A DNA stretch of 64,000 bases. Origin: Pavona decussata. Lineage: Eukaryota. The position numbers and the translations under genes are program-made. The notes under the pieces were generated by a model. The model was not told where the DNA came from. It made no database searches and was given only the letters and a program-made list of their open reading frames with translations. This document shows positions 48,001 to 58,800 of the stretch, piece by piece (position 1 is the first letter of the stretch; every line of letters starts with the position of its first letter). The DNA lies in contig CDRNST010000018.1 in NCBI GenBank assembly GCA_977016875.1, positions 496,001 through 560,000 of the forward strand. Direction: 5' to 3'.

Positions 48001-49554
48001 CATTAGCCTAACATTTTTCAAGTTTCAATCCATACCGGCCTACTAATTATTATTACTCTGTCTCCGGCCAGAGGCGCTAATCGACAGTTTTATTGCACTG
48101 GGGTAATAATTTATAACAAACTTGACAATTACTGGCAGACAAATATTTTTGGGTTTTGAAATGACAGCAAATTTGCGTGATACTTCCCCTTTTAGTGAAA
48201 GCATGCTAGCAATTATCGCGATTCCTGAAATGATTCCTCGACATGGTGAAATGAAGTTAATGTAAGGGCTATTAACATTGTCCGTTTGCATTTTAGGGGA
48301 GTGTCATACATAACGTGGGAAAACCAGGATAAAGTAATTGAAAAAACTGAGGTGAGCTGTTAAATCACGATGAGAAGTAATAATATTCAGTTTACATACA
48401 GTGCACACCATGCCATAAAATTCATAAAAGTTGTATATTAGTCCCACCCTACCTTGGAGGTCAGATTTTGTGATAAGCTTCCTCCCTAAGCTTTTTAACC
48501 TTCACCCCCTAATGATTGGTGAAGATTATAAAGAACGCGTGAACTGTAAGAAGACACCTAAGAGAGTAGAGACGAGGTGAAAGCCAGATGGTGAAAATAT
48601 CAAAACCCGGTTTGCATGGGGCCGATGTTGACCGATGTAATCCGACTTTGAAAACACTTTCGTAGGTTATGGATGACATAATTGTATTTGTAAAACGGCA
48701 ATACACAACCCACCACGAGTTGAAATAACCCCCCACCCTCTCGCTCCATTTAAACAACCACCCCTCCCACCTGACCTCTTGAACTTAAATACAGGGCACC
48801 CTTCTCCGAGGGAAGTAGTGGTTCAAATTAAGCTGGCAGATGTCGAAAAAGACCACGGAAAATCAGCCTGTTAGAAAAGTGTTTATTTGAATAATTGTTA
48901 GAACAACCTTCTTCTGCATAACAATGTGCTGTTCAACAGTTGAGTTTCATTTGAGTGGTGCGTCACAATTTAGGATTTCATCCTCATAAAAAAGGTAAAA
49001 ACAACTAAACAACTTGTACAGCACCATAGAAAAGTAGTTCACAAGAGTTTCATTTGAGTGGTGATAGTTTAGGGCTTTGTCCAAAAAGCTAAAATCACGC
49101 CGGTACAGTGAAAAGCAGCACGGAAAATGCTACTCAGGAGCTTATTATTAAACGGTAACACTTGACGATTACACCTACGGGTTTGAAGGAGTTGTACCCG
49201 CATTTACACTGATTTGTTCCAAGTAGGAAAGGGTTTAAAATACAATAAAATTTTATTTTCGTTCAATACACAGAACAAATAATATATTACGTTGTCAAAC
49301 GTTAGAGCCTAGAAATAAATAAATAACAATAAAATAAAACTTCATAAGGTCATGGAGGGATTATCTGATCTGATTTCTCTCTTTTTTTTTTTTTTTACCT
49401 TTTTTCTTTCCAGGAGCTTCACCCCAGATACAGTGATAATCCCAAGTTTAGGAACTATGCGTTTGACGTGCATGAATTTATGAGACTTGTGCAGCAAGCG
49501 GTGACTACAGTTAGAAAGAGTATCGAGGAGTACAGAAAACAGGGCAACAGTTAA
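32776..49554 (+). CDS. EOGT: EGF domain-specific O-linked N-acetylglucosamine transferase (GT61), 17 exons, ~518 aa
   Basis: Exons 32776-32946, 35649-35761, 36780-36882, 37505-37602, 39233-39337, 40719-40825, 41393-41496, 42103-42198, 42302-42373, 43630-43719, 44209-44283, 45009-45067, 45546-45573, 46066-46157, 47648-47695, 48297-48351, 49414-49554. All GT-AG with consistent phases. Signal peptide; [94 protein letters not shown]. Confidence 0.93.
33530..33848. repeat. Diverged ~170-bp tandem duplication in EOGT intron 1
   Basis: TTGTTCCGATTGTCTTTAACAGAAGCGGCCCAA...GACCCATTCATC vs TTGTTCTGATTGTCTTCAACAAAAGCAGCCCAA...AACCCACTCATC. Confidence 0.75.
34717..35470. mobile_element. Non-autonomous DNA transposon, Kolobok-like termini
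   Basis: TIRs AGGTGGCCGAACACAGTTTTT / AAAAACTGTATTCGGCCACCT in TTAA-like flanks (ATAA / TAAA). Confidence 0.75.
36962..37121. mobile_element. Near-perfect 160-bp palindromic MITE
   Basis: TGTTGTAGGTTAAAATGAATCCCAGGTTAAAATGATTTCAACCTAGGTT...AACCTAGGTTGAAATCATTTTAACCTGGATTCATTTTAACCTACAACA. Confidence 0.9.
38190..38360 (+). mobile_element. tRNA(Thr-AGT)-derived SINE-like repeat
   Basis: CTCCTG TAGCTCAGTGGTAGAGC (A box/D arm), TCCGA-ACTAGTAA-TCGGA anticodon arm, a damaged T arm (TTCGACTC) and a CAGGAG acceptor. Confidence 0.7.
39963..40355. mobile_element. Kolobok-type MITE with TTAA duplication, nested in a GGCCC MITE
   Basis: TTAA|AGGGACAGTATCACG...CATGATACTGCCCCT|TTAA. The flanks rejoin as GCCTGATTAAGCTAATCC of the host MITE. 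Confidence 0.88.
41026..41200. mobile_element. TACCCTGCTAGCAGAG-terminus MITE (fragment also at ~60054)
   Basis: CTACCCTGTTAGCAGAGG...CCTCTGCTAGCAGG inverted ends. Confidence 0.65.
42053..42100. repeat. (TTGA)n microsatellite at the EOGT exon 8 acceptor
   Basis: About 10 TTGA units ending TTTGATTGTAG. Confidence 0.95.
42458..42640. mobile_element. Palindromic MITE
   Basis: ATGGTAAA...TGCAACCATCAAGTTATGGATGCAC...GTGCATCCATAACTTGATCGTTGCA...TTTACCAT. Confidence 0.8.
43298..43600. mobile_element. Repeat with terminal hairpin (AACAATTATTCCAC...GTGGAATAATTGTT); fragment at ~52665-52750
   Basis: Internal inverted repeat, and a second partial copy upstream of the ACSM gene. Confidence 0.7.
45588..45892. 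mobile_element. Repeat with terminal hairpin (TTTCATCC...GGATGAAA); tail fragment at ~32088-32155
   Basis: AGTGATTT.CTTTGTTTTCTCTT.ATGAATTAT.AATGAGTTTGAG is shared between the two sites. Confidence 0.7.
47822..48190. mobile_element. Kolobok-type MITE
   Basis: TTAA|AGGAGAAGTATCATG...CGTGATACTTCCCCT|TTTA. Confidence 0.8.
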
Positions 49555-49877
49555 TACAGAGAAATGAAGTACTAAATGGAAGGAAAATTGGAGATACAGA
49601 GCCTAGCGCTACTCATCCAGTCGACAATGTTCCTAGGAGACGTGGAGGGGAGGGGAGGGGGGGGGGGGGGCGGAATAACAGCCTCGTTGGCCTGTGACAA
49701 CATTCAGTAGTTCCGCTCGGTGTTTCGTAGCTTGATTAAGCTAATCCATGATTAGCGCCATCTTTTGTAGATCAAAAATGACGATTCCGAGAACTAATTA
49801 TAGTATTTTATTTAGACTGTGACCATTTTTAAGCTTTAACTTTCAACCGGCTTTAAAGGAATACTTACATTCGGGCG

Positions 49878-49985
49878 TCGGTTGTTTAAGAGTGGATAAC
49901 GTTATCCAGCATATGAGATGTACTCCAACTAACGCAGACTTATCTGCTGGATAAAGTTATCCACTCTTTGAACAACTGAGGCAAG
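49878..49985. mobile_element. Short palindromic MITE
   Basis: GTTGTTTAAGAGTGGATAACGTTATCCAGCA...TGCTGGATAAAGTTATCCACTCTTTGAACAAC. Confidence 0.75.
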
Positions 49986-50486
49986 GTGTGACCTCAGCAG
50001 CTTTTAAACAAACCGTTTCCCAACTGTTGTTCAAATCGCGAATTTTATAGAATGTATTAGTGGGACTACATCTTATCGGAGGAAAAACGGCTTATCCACT
50101 TGCTGAAGGTATTCGCTCTAGGAACTGTCGTACGGTGGTGTTGAACCCAGTCACGTGAGTGGAGGTCGAGGTTTCCACATCTGCTGGGAGCCTGGGACCT
50201 CTGTACAACACAGAGAACATTCGCAATGTACTCCTTCCATTTATATTTCCATATTTATGCTTGTTTTTATTGTGACACATATTTTATAGCTAAGAGAAGT
50301 CATGAACATCTTCACAAATAAAAGTAACAGTCTGTGAAACAACTGGTATTAATTTAATGTCTCAGTTCTACAGTTTAGATTCATGTGAATTTAGCTAGCT
50401 TCGAAGCTGTTCTTTCAGCTCCTACCGCAAAGACCTACGTATCTCCCGAGTTTAGTTTGGTTTTATAGTTTATGAATAAACAGCTA

Positions 50487-50710
50487 GTTTTATCAACAGC
50501 GTTGATAAGGTAATTTTGCTAGCGTCAAGAGATTCGAGGGCCTTCTTTTCGAGTGTTAGCCCTTCATCAGAGCGAATCGAGAGATTTGTTTTGACGAAGG
50601 GCTAACGCTCGGTACATAGGCTCTCGAACTCTTTACATTGGCCAACCTCAGTTGATAAAACCAAATGTTCGTTTCCACTCTCCCACCGACGCAGCACCAC
50701 AGTTCCTTTG
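50487..50710 (-). mobile_element. Fold-back repeat with two inverted hammerhead-like motifs (copy 1)
   Basis: Minus arm GCT-CTGATGA-A-GGGCTAACACTC-GAAA; plus arm TTGACGAAGGGCTAACGCTC. Shares the terminus GTGGTGCTGCGTCGGTGGGAGAGT with the 55.5 kb and 58.1 kb copies. Confidence 0.75.
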
Positions 50711-51777
50711 CGTCAGTTTAGTTTAAACTTCTAGTAATGCACTTTAAAAAATACATTCAAAGTCGGCTTCCGTTCACTGATGAAAAGCGTCTAGCAAATG
50801 AATCAATCCAATTTGGTTCGGCACATTTACGAGATGCTTTTCATTATTGAATGAACGGATGCCGACTTTGAAGATGCAACGAATTTCTGTGCGCGCTATA
50901 TTTACATCACTTCGCACGCATCGCAAAATAACAGTTGAAAAACGGAGATCAAGAGAATGTGACTTGAACACTAATTTATATTCAGTTTCATTGTCATTTC
51001 TTTGGTTGATAATGATGTCGCAATACGTTAATTTTTATAGTTTATTTTAGATAAGTTTAGTTTACTTTAGGTTTAGTTTAGTTCAGATTATCAAAACTCA
51101 AAGTTCAATTCAGTTTAGTTTACTAATACTACTGCCAACAATTATCCAGTGGGTTACTTTTCCAGACACTGTGTAATCCTCGAAATCTCCGGTGGGGTTG
51201 TGGTGGCGTTGTTTTACCTGAGAGACCAAAATACGTGATTTTCCAAACCCTATTTCACACCTGAAATTAAAGTTGACACGCTAATTTAGAACTCCACCCT
51301 ACGAAAGGACCACTGTGGACCATTGTCACAAAAAAAATTGCCGCAGTAATGGTAGACTGGGATAGTATAGTGAAGGTTGAAGAAAGTCAATGACATTCAC
51401 ATGATTACATACATCACCTTTATTTAAACCTTGGATTTACAGAGTAGCTGTAGAAGCTAGTACCTCTGAGAAAAGAAAAATAAAGAAGAAATAAATGAGT
51501 CTATCTTCTGTCTCAAGCTATAGGGTCGCTTTAGGACTTGGTCGCACATTGCTCCTTCCGGCTTACACACCGCTTCAACGTTACATTAGTTCTAACGGAC
51601 GGAGTTAAGACAGAATGATTTGATCAGTGTGGAATCGATATTTCAAGAAAAAGGGCTAAACATGTCTTTCAAAAATAGCCTTCCAGTATGAAACTATTTT
51701 GAGGACTACTTCCCCCCCACCCCACCCCCACCAACCCAGAAGTATTGCTACACCAGTCACTTAGACCAAAATGGACA

Positions 51778-51997
51778 TAGCTTGCGAGCAAGCTCTACTG
51801 ATATCAGCTTACAGTATTTGTATTTAATCTCAACTTATTGTTTTAATCTGTATTTACTATATCGTAATTGTAGTTTTTACTTAGACACGACCACATCAGC
51901 TATGCTGTAATTTTATCGTGTTTAAATAAATGCTTTTGCTATTATTATTAGCCGCGAGAGGATATAGCGCGCTAATAGAGAGCTTGCTCGCAGGCTA
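51778..51997. mobile_element. TAGCCTGCGAGCAAGCTCT MITE with nested LINE 3' tail
   Basis: TIRs TAGCTTGCGAGCAAGCTCT / AGAGCTTGCTCGCAGGCTA, flanked by AAATGGACA / AAATGAACA. The insert ends AAATAAA...(TTA)n. Confidence 0.7.
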
Positions 51998-52890
51998 AAA
52001 TGAACAACAATATGCAAGCCCTTTAAAGGCAAATTAGTTCCCACTTTGAACATGACGTAAATTTCGATAAATTAGCAGCCACTTTGAAGATAGTCAGTTT
52101 TTTGTATGGAAATATCAAGATAATTTCCTCACCAATTCGTTTCTCACATACTATACAAAGTGAAGTAATCTGGCCAATGAGTTTACTGTTGAAACCTGCA
52201 GCCCGTGAACTTTACAGGCGAACTTTTTAAAAGTTTTAAAGAACCTCGAATGCTCGCACTTTGTGAAATTTCCACCAAGCTTACTGTTTTTCAGATTTAA
52301 CCAGCAAAATTCATGTCCAGTCTTTTATATCTGAATCGAAGAGATTTTATAAAAGTACCTAGATATGTATTTTCCAATTGTTAGCATTGCTTAATGCTGC
52401 TTTTTGTTAATTTTGCTGCCGCTCTGACTAATTATTATTTAATGTTAATTTTTCAATTCAACGTTATTTCGAAGTGAGCCCTCTCGATGGGTCTTTTTTT
52501 TTTTCTCTTAGGGCAAACTTCGACAATAAAATATGTTTAAATAAAAAAAAAATCTGTTACCAAATGCCTTGAGTTCTGCAGGGTTCGAATTTCTCAATTT
52601 GTCTCTCATTCTCTATCTTGCCACAATTCAAAATGTTTTTGTAATTATTAATCTACCATAATTGTCAATTATTCAACAAGTACTCATTGGATATAATAAT
52701 CATACCATATCCAACAAACGCCAGTGGAATAATTGTTTTATTAAAAAAGCCAAGAAAAATTGCTAGTCCCTATATATACCGTGACTGCCAAGCCAATTAT
52801 AACTCTGGATTGCATGATTTTAGTAATTTTGCATATTTATATGGTCACGGACGCGTCACGCAATCAATTACAGAGGAAAAGATAGTCGAA

Positions 52891-55800
52891 ATGCGGCTGC
52901 TGGTGATAGATTCAACTCTTGCAGCCTGTAATAGTTTAAAATCGTGGAGATCAGCTAAAATACATGGCGGATCCGCGAAAGTAGTGAATTGTGTTTTGTC
53001 GCGGTGGAGTTCAGGGCATCATGTAGCTACACCACCAGTGTTCGACTCCAAAGTTGGATTTACCGATTACGAGAAAGAGCGCCGAGAATTTAATCTCGAG
53101 GTTCCGGAGTACTTCAATTTTGCCAATGTTATCGATGATTGGGCGCAGAAAGAGAAGGTAGGTACTTACATACCACATATCAGAACAGTATTTACTAATC
53201 GATCAGTATCTATAATCCTTCTTATGGTAAATTCTACATAATTTGTACTGTTTACAATTTTGAGCATCAAACCGTAGCTTTTAAAGAAAGGCCTGAAACA
53301 TCCAATACATGACCTTAACGATACGGATTCAAGTGTTAAGACCATCGAAACCTTTTAACTGTGTAGGAATTATAAATTACACTTCCAATTATTTAGAGTC
53401 ATCTTTGTGAGTTCTAAATATCCCAAATATATACCCATTCGACATCTTAAAGTGGTGTCTGTTGTTAATGTGATATGCTAACAGTAACGCCTTCTTTCCA
53501 TAACATATGCATTCAGTGAGTGGAGAATCTGGATTACGAAATGACTATAAATAAGGACTACGGATTGCGGACTTGATGAAATGTTCTTGTCAAAATGATG
53601 CGGGCGGTTACTTGGTTAAACAATAGCCATGACTGATCAATTTGATTGTGTGTTGAGGCAGTCGTAATGTTTGCGGGAGCATAAAGATGGTGGCGAAATA
53701 AAAAAAATGGGAATTATGCCAAGATTCTGTAGGCCGGGTGCAGGAAAGGCTTACTGTTTGTATGGTCGATATTTGAACGTCCACTCAATCAATCCTTACT
53801 TTTGGCTAATAGCAGACAAAGTTATAAATGACAGCAGATAAATTAATGATAAACGGTGTCAAGCGAGTGGATTCTAGAGAAAGCATATCTTGTAGCATAT
53901 AAATACAAACACAAATAAATCACAATCACAAATCAATGGATTATTCATTAACAACACAACTTAATACAACATATTATTATCAGGATTGCTCAACGAAACA
54001 AAATGATCAAAGGAACAATACTCGCCGGGCAATACTGTTAGCGGAATTTCGACCTGTTCCTCATTTCATCCCCAGACCCCAATAGGTAGTTCTTATCCTA
54101 TCACTTGTTGGCGTTTTGTACCATGGCTTTCTTCAAATTAAAACCCGAAGTCGCGGACGTCCCCGTTCACATGTATCTGGGATGGTCGAGGATAAATAGG
54201 CAAAATTGGGAGCGTTTTCATTTTCCTGCCAAGTCCCAGATTTCTGCGATGGTCGGCGATCATTCCCGAGGCGTGCAAACATAAACGTGGACGATATGTT
54301 TGGCTTGGAATCAAGCTTCTTAACTTTCAAAAATACTTGATATCTCTGACAAGTCCGCGGCCAACTTTTTACCAGGGGCACCCACCGAAAACATTTAAGC
54401 AAAATGCTTAAAATCTTGGCTTTTGTAAGATTGGTCCGTTGGTGCATTAGCTGATTGTCCAAAACATCCCACATTGCCGAAACTGATAACGTCCACTCCT
54501 TTGTAGCAGGCGCTAGAAGGGGATGAAAGAGGTGAATGAGCGCGCGCGAGGTGAGTGTCGCTTCGCGCGAGCGCCTGATTTCCTTATTTTCTCCCCTTTC
54601 TGGCGCTAGCTCAGGCTAACAACAAGGTAACTCTCTCATGTTACCGCACGTAGTTCATTGCTAGTGGGTTTACTTATACTCGCTTCAAAGGGCTTGTAAA
54701 CCCGTGATCTGTCTGTATACTAATCTGGCTTTGTAACTTACCTACTGATTGCATATTTTAAGCTTGGTCAGAGGAAAGCTGGACACCCGGCATTTTGGTG
54801 GGTTGATGATGAGGGACACGAGATGAAGTGGTCATTTGAACAACTCGCTGAAAAGAGCAAAAGGTGAGTTAACTTTACGACGAACAATTCGTAGATTTCT
54901 TGTAATTTTCCAGCTTACTTAGCTCTTTTCCTCGGGAATTGTTATGGAAGGTTGGCCCCCAAACTATTTTTCAGTACGTAATTTCCTTGGTGTTAAACAG
55001 GTTAATGGTGGCATTTGAAAACCGGAAAAGTGGAGAGAAGTTCGAGTAAGTCAAGCCAGTGTCCAGCAGGGTTTGATTGTATTTGATAGAATCTCGATAA
55101 AGGTGCCCTTCCAGCAGACATTGCATGGTCGCCCTATGTGTTGGCGGCTGAATAAGAAACCCGCCGGCACTTACGGCTACCGAGAAGTCTCTGCTCCCAG
55201 GATAGATAAAGCGACACTGGGAAACTCGAACCTTTTCACTACAACGGTATTGTATCCCTCCATATACGACACAACTATTATTGTAGGTATCATGATTGAA
55301 ACTCTTTATCTGTTTTTTGGCTTGTAGAGCCGCCAATGTTCTTTCAGGGGCTGGTGAAGTTCAAAGAGGGGACCGGGTGATGGTCATATTACCAAGACTT
55401 CCAGAATGGTGGCTCCTCAACATCGCTTGCCTACGAACAGGTAACGATACTAAAACGCACACTGAGGTCAATCCTCGTAGCTGGACGGAGTTTTGTTTCT
55501 TGTCAGATGGAAAAGTGGTTAGTTTCTAAATGGAAACTATGGTACTGTGTCGATGGGGAGTAGAAACGAATGTTTGGTTTTTATCAACAGAGTTGATAAT
55601 TAAAGGTAATTTGGCCACCGTATAAAGAGATTCGAGTGTTGACGTTTCTATCGTTAGCCGTTCGTCAGAGAGAATCTGTCGATACGGTGTCCAATTTACC
55701 TTTAGTTATCAACTCCATTGATAAACCAAACATTTGTTTTTTATCATATAATCAGACGCCAATGACAAATCTATCGATGTTAATGGTTAAATGAAGACTT

Positions 55801-58800
55801 CAGCTCTATTTCATGATCACTTAAATGTTCAATCATGTAAGTTACATGTATTAGAGTATTTAACATCAAAGATACACAGACGGTGATTGCAAGGACCGAA
55901 AATTTATCCATCAATCCTTTTTTGGTTTAATGTGTCTCAGTTTATATTTGGTGGAGTGTATTTCAATCGTTAGATACACAGCCAAACCAACTCTTAGGGA
56001 GTAACAAACGTGTATAATCTTTCACTGATCATCCCTATTATTTTTCAGGTACCATTATCAGCCCTGGTTCAATTCAATTACGAACGCGAGACATCAAGTC
56101 TCGACTACTTGCGTCACATGCGACTTGTATCATAGCAGACACGGACAGTGCCGAGTTGGTAGATGAGGTACAGTAGAACCTGAGCATAAAAAGGATCATA
56201 CAGTTTTATGAGCAATCGTGCGCCTTCATTGACTCCGACCTATTGGCTATCAGAGCTTCTCGGATAACTGAACAACATAACATGTTACAAAATTGTCTAG
56301 TGAGTAGCGAATTGCACAACCGGTCCTTTTCCATTTAGCGTGTAGAACAAACTACTTGTACAATTACGAACTAATGCAAAGTGACTCGGTTACACTTGTG
56401 CTACGTTTTCGTGTATGGGGCCATGCGCGAATCTTAGTACCATTAACGAATCTCTTTGTGGTAGCCAGTTTACTCAGTTGAAAAAAACCAAACAAACAAA
56501 CTAACAAACAAAACAACAACAGCAACAACAACAAAAAAAAAAGACAACTAAAAACAAATGTTCAAGGAAAACTAGATTGACATAAAAGGATCTTCTCTTT
56601 CTCAACAAATATGCCATTCACTAACTGGAGATGTTAAGGTGATACTCTTGGTTGAAATCAAGGTAGTGGAATATATGAAGCGAAAATTTCCTCCTTCATT
56701 CGCGGGTGTGTCTTTGAAACGGGGAGTAAATAAATTAAAGGGTGTCGTGTCACTAGCACTAATGACACAAATGATGGATCAAAGAATGTCTACTGACTGG
56801 GCTCGTAACTCAGTCGGTAGAGTAACGATTGATCAATGCCGGAAGTCGTTGGTTCGATTCTTGCCGCTGAGGTTGAAGATTTTTTCTTTGCCTCGAGTGG
56901 TCTCCCATTTCCTTCTACTATGGCTAACGCTCAGTGTCACTGTACACTGAATAGTTGATTCTCTGATCCATCCTTTAATTTAATAAACTAGCCAGATTAA
57001 CCTACCGACAGTTGACCAATGCTTGTAGTTTTCCTTTTTTCATCGCAGGTTGCTAAATTCGCTCCATCTTTGAGAACCAAACTTCTCGTAAGCGAGCCGG
57101 AACAGAAAACCGAAGTCAGGTAGCTGTTATATTAAGCAACATTATCCACGGACTCTCTTCCTTTAATAACATTTATTACATGTTCCAAAATTTTATTTTT
57201 GTTGATTTTTAGGAAAGGCTGGCTTCCTTTTAAGGAATTGTTTGAAGAAGCCTCTCCAGAGCACGAGGTTGGTATATTTAATAAGCCCATGCAAGTCACG
57301 TGCTATCAATGGCACCATAGCCTTCAGGAGAAGCGTTATTTTTTGGTACGTTTTTAGGGCGGGAGGCGAGCCCGAATTCGTCCGAAAAACACATAAAAAC
57401 ACCGCCTGTTCTGCAGCTACTGACATCACATCCGTCCGTCTGTTGTCCCTCGTGTAGAGTAAAAACGACCATTGCTGATGTCTGCCGCATTGAATGATTA
57501 TATATCTATGAAAAACAATGACTCAAACCCAGTTATAGACGAGTCACCAAGAGGGAAGTTATTTGTTATTTTGTTTAAATAAAAACATATTAAAGAAAAC
57601 TGTAGTTGTTGTCTCCCAAGTTATTTTCTTAGAAAATGGACAAGTGAAATCTCCAGTGAACTAGCGAGGATTTTTACATGGCTATTGAATAAGCCTTTTT
57701 TAAGGTTTTGAAGACATATTTACCCATTTACAAAGAGTTACTAGTTAGTCAGTGGATTTAAAATAAACCCCTTAAGAAATATCACATCTTATCTTCCAGT
57801 GCGTGCGAACATTCAGTAACGAACCAATGACAGTTTATTTCACAAGTGGAACAACGGGACATCCCAAGATGGCGGAGCACACACACGCAAGCTGTGGATT
57901 GGGGCATATCACTACTGGAAAGTAAGATATCTTCATTTAAGATTTATTTCTGGCGAATACTCCGTACACGTTACCGTAGAGATATGGGTTGAAAAAAGAC
58001 ACTGTTATGCGTCATTTTGTTTGGAAGTATTTAAGCTGCATCCTAAGGGATGTCAGTATTTGTCATGGTTCACGTTTTCAAGTCAGACTGTTTCCAAAAG
58101 TATAAGGAGATTACTTTCTAAAGAAACTGTGATGCTGCGTCGGTGGGGAGTAGAAACGAATGTTTGATTTATCGTAACTAAGAGAAAATTGACCACCGAA
58201 AAGAGATTCAAGTGCTGGCGTTTCAAGCGTTCGTCCTTCGGATTTGCTCTGACGGAGGGCTAATGCTCGAAACGTCAGCACTCGAATCTCTTTACAGTGG
58301 TCAAATACCTTTAGTTATCAACCCTGCTAATAAACCAAATATTTGTTTCCAAAGTGTGCGTTTTCGAGGTTTATTCATTCCTGGAAGGTAGAAGAAAATG
58401 AACGGAGATGTTATTGTTCTCTTTATGCGTTTTCAGTACTTTGATAAAGATTCCTCTCCGGAGACATTCAGATGCGTAATCGTGTGGATGGAACCTGAAA
58501 TAGTAAACAAGTGTAAATTTTCAAACGAAAACGTATCCGTTTGGATGTTGCCTTTAGCAAACTTGGGGTGATCCATATCTCCTGTTCTGTCTGGTATTTT
58601 CTTGAGAGTATTTGTGACTCATTTTTGTGTTGCACAATGGCAGCTGATCATTTCTTCTGGCTCACTCCTCAGGTATTGGTTGGACCTCTCACCTGAAGAT
58701 ACCCACTGGAACATTTCAGACACTGGCTGGGCAAAATCTGCGTACAGCAGCTTTTTCGCTCCATGGCTACAAGGATCCTGTGTATTTGTCTACCACAGGG

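Noticed and set aside
52687-52890. N-terminal extension of the ACSM ORF in the ORF track
   Set aside because: Starts at a non-ATG codon inside a repeat fragment. ATG 52891 gives a plausible mitochondrial presequence and family-typical length.
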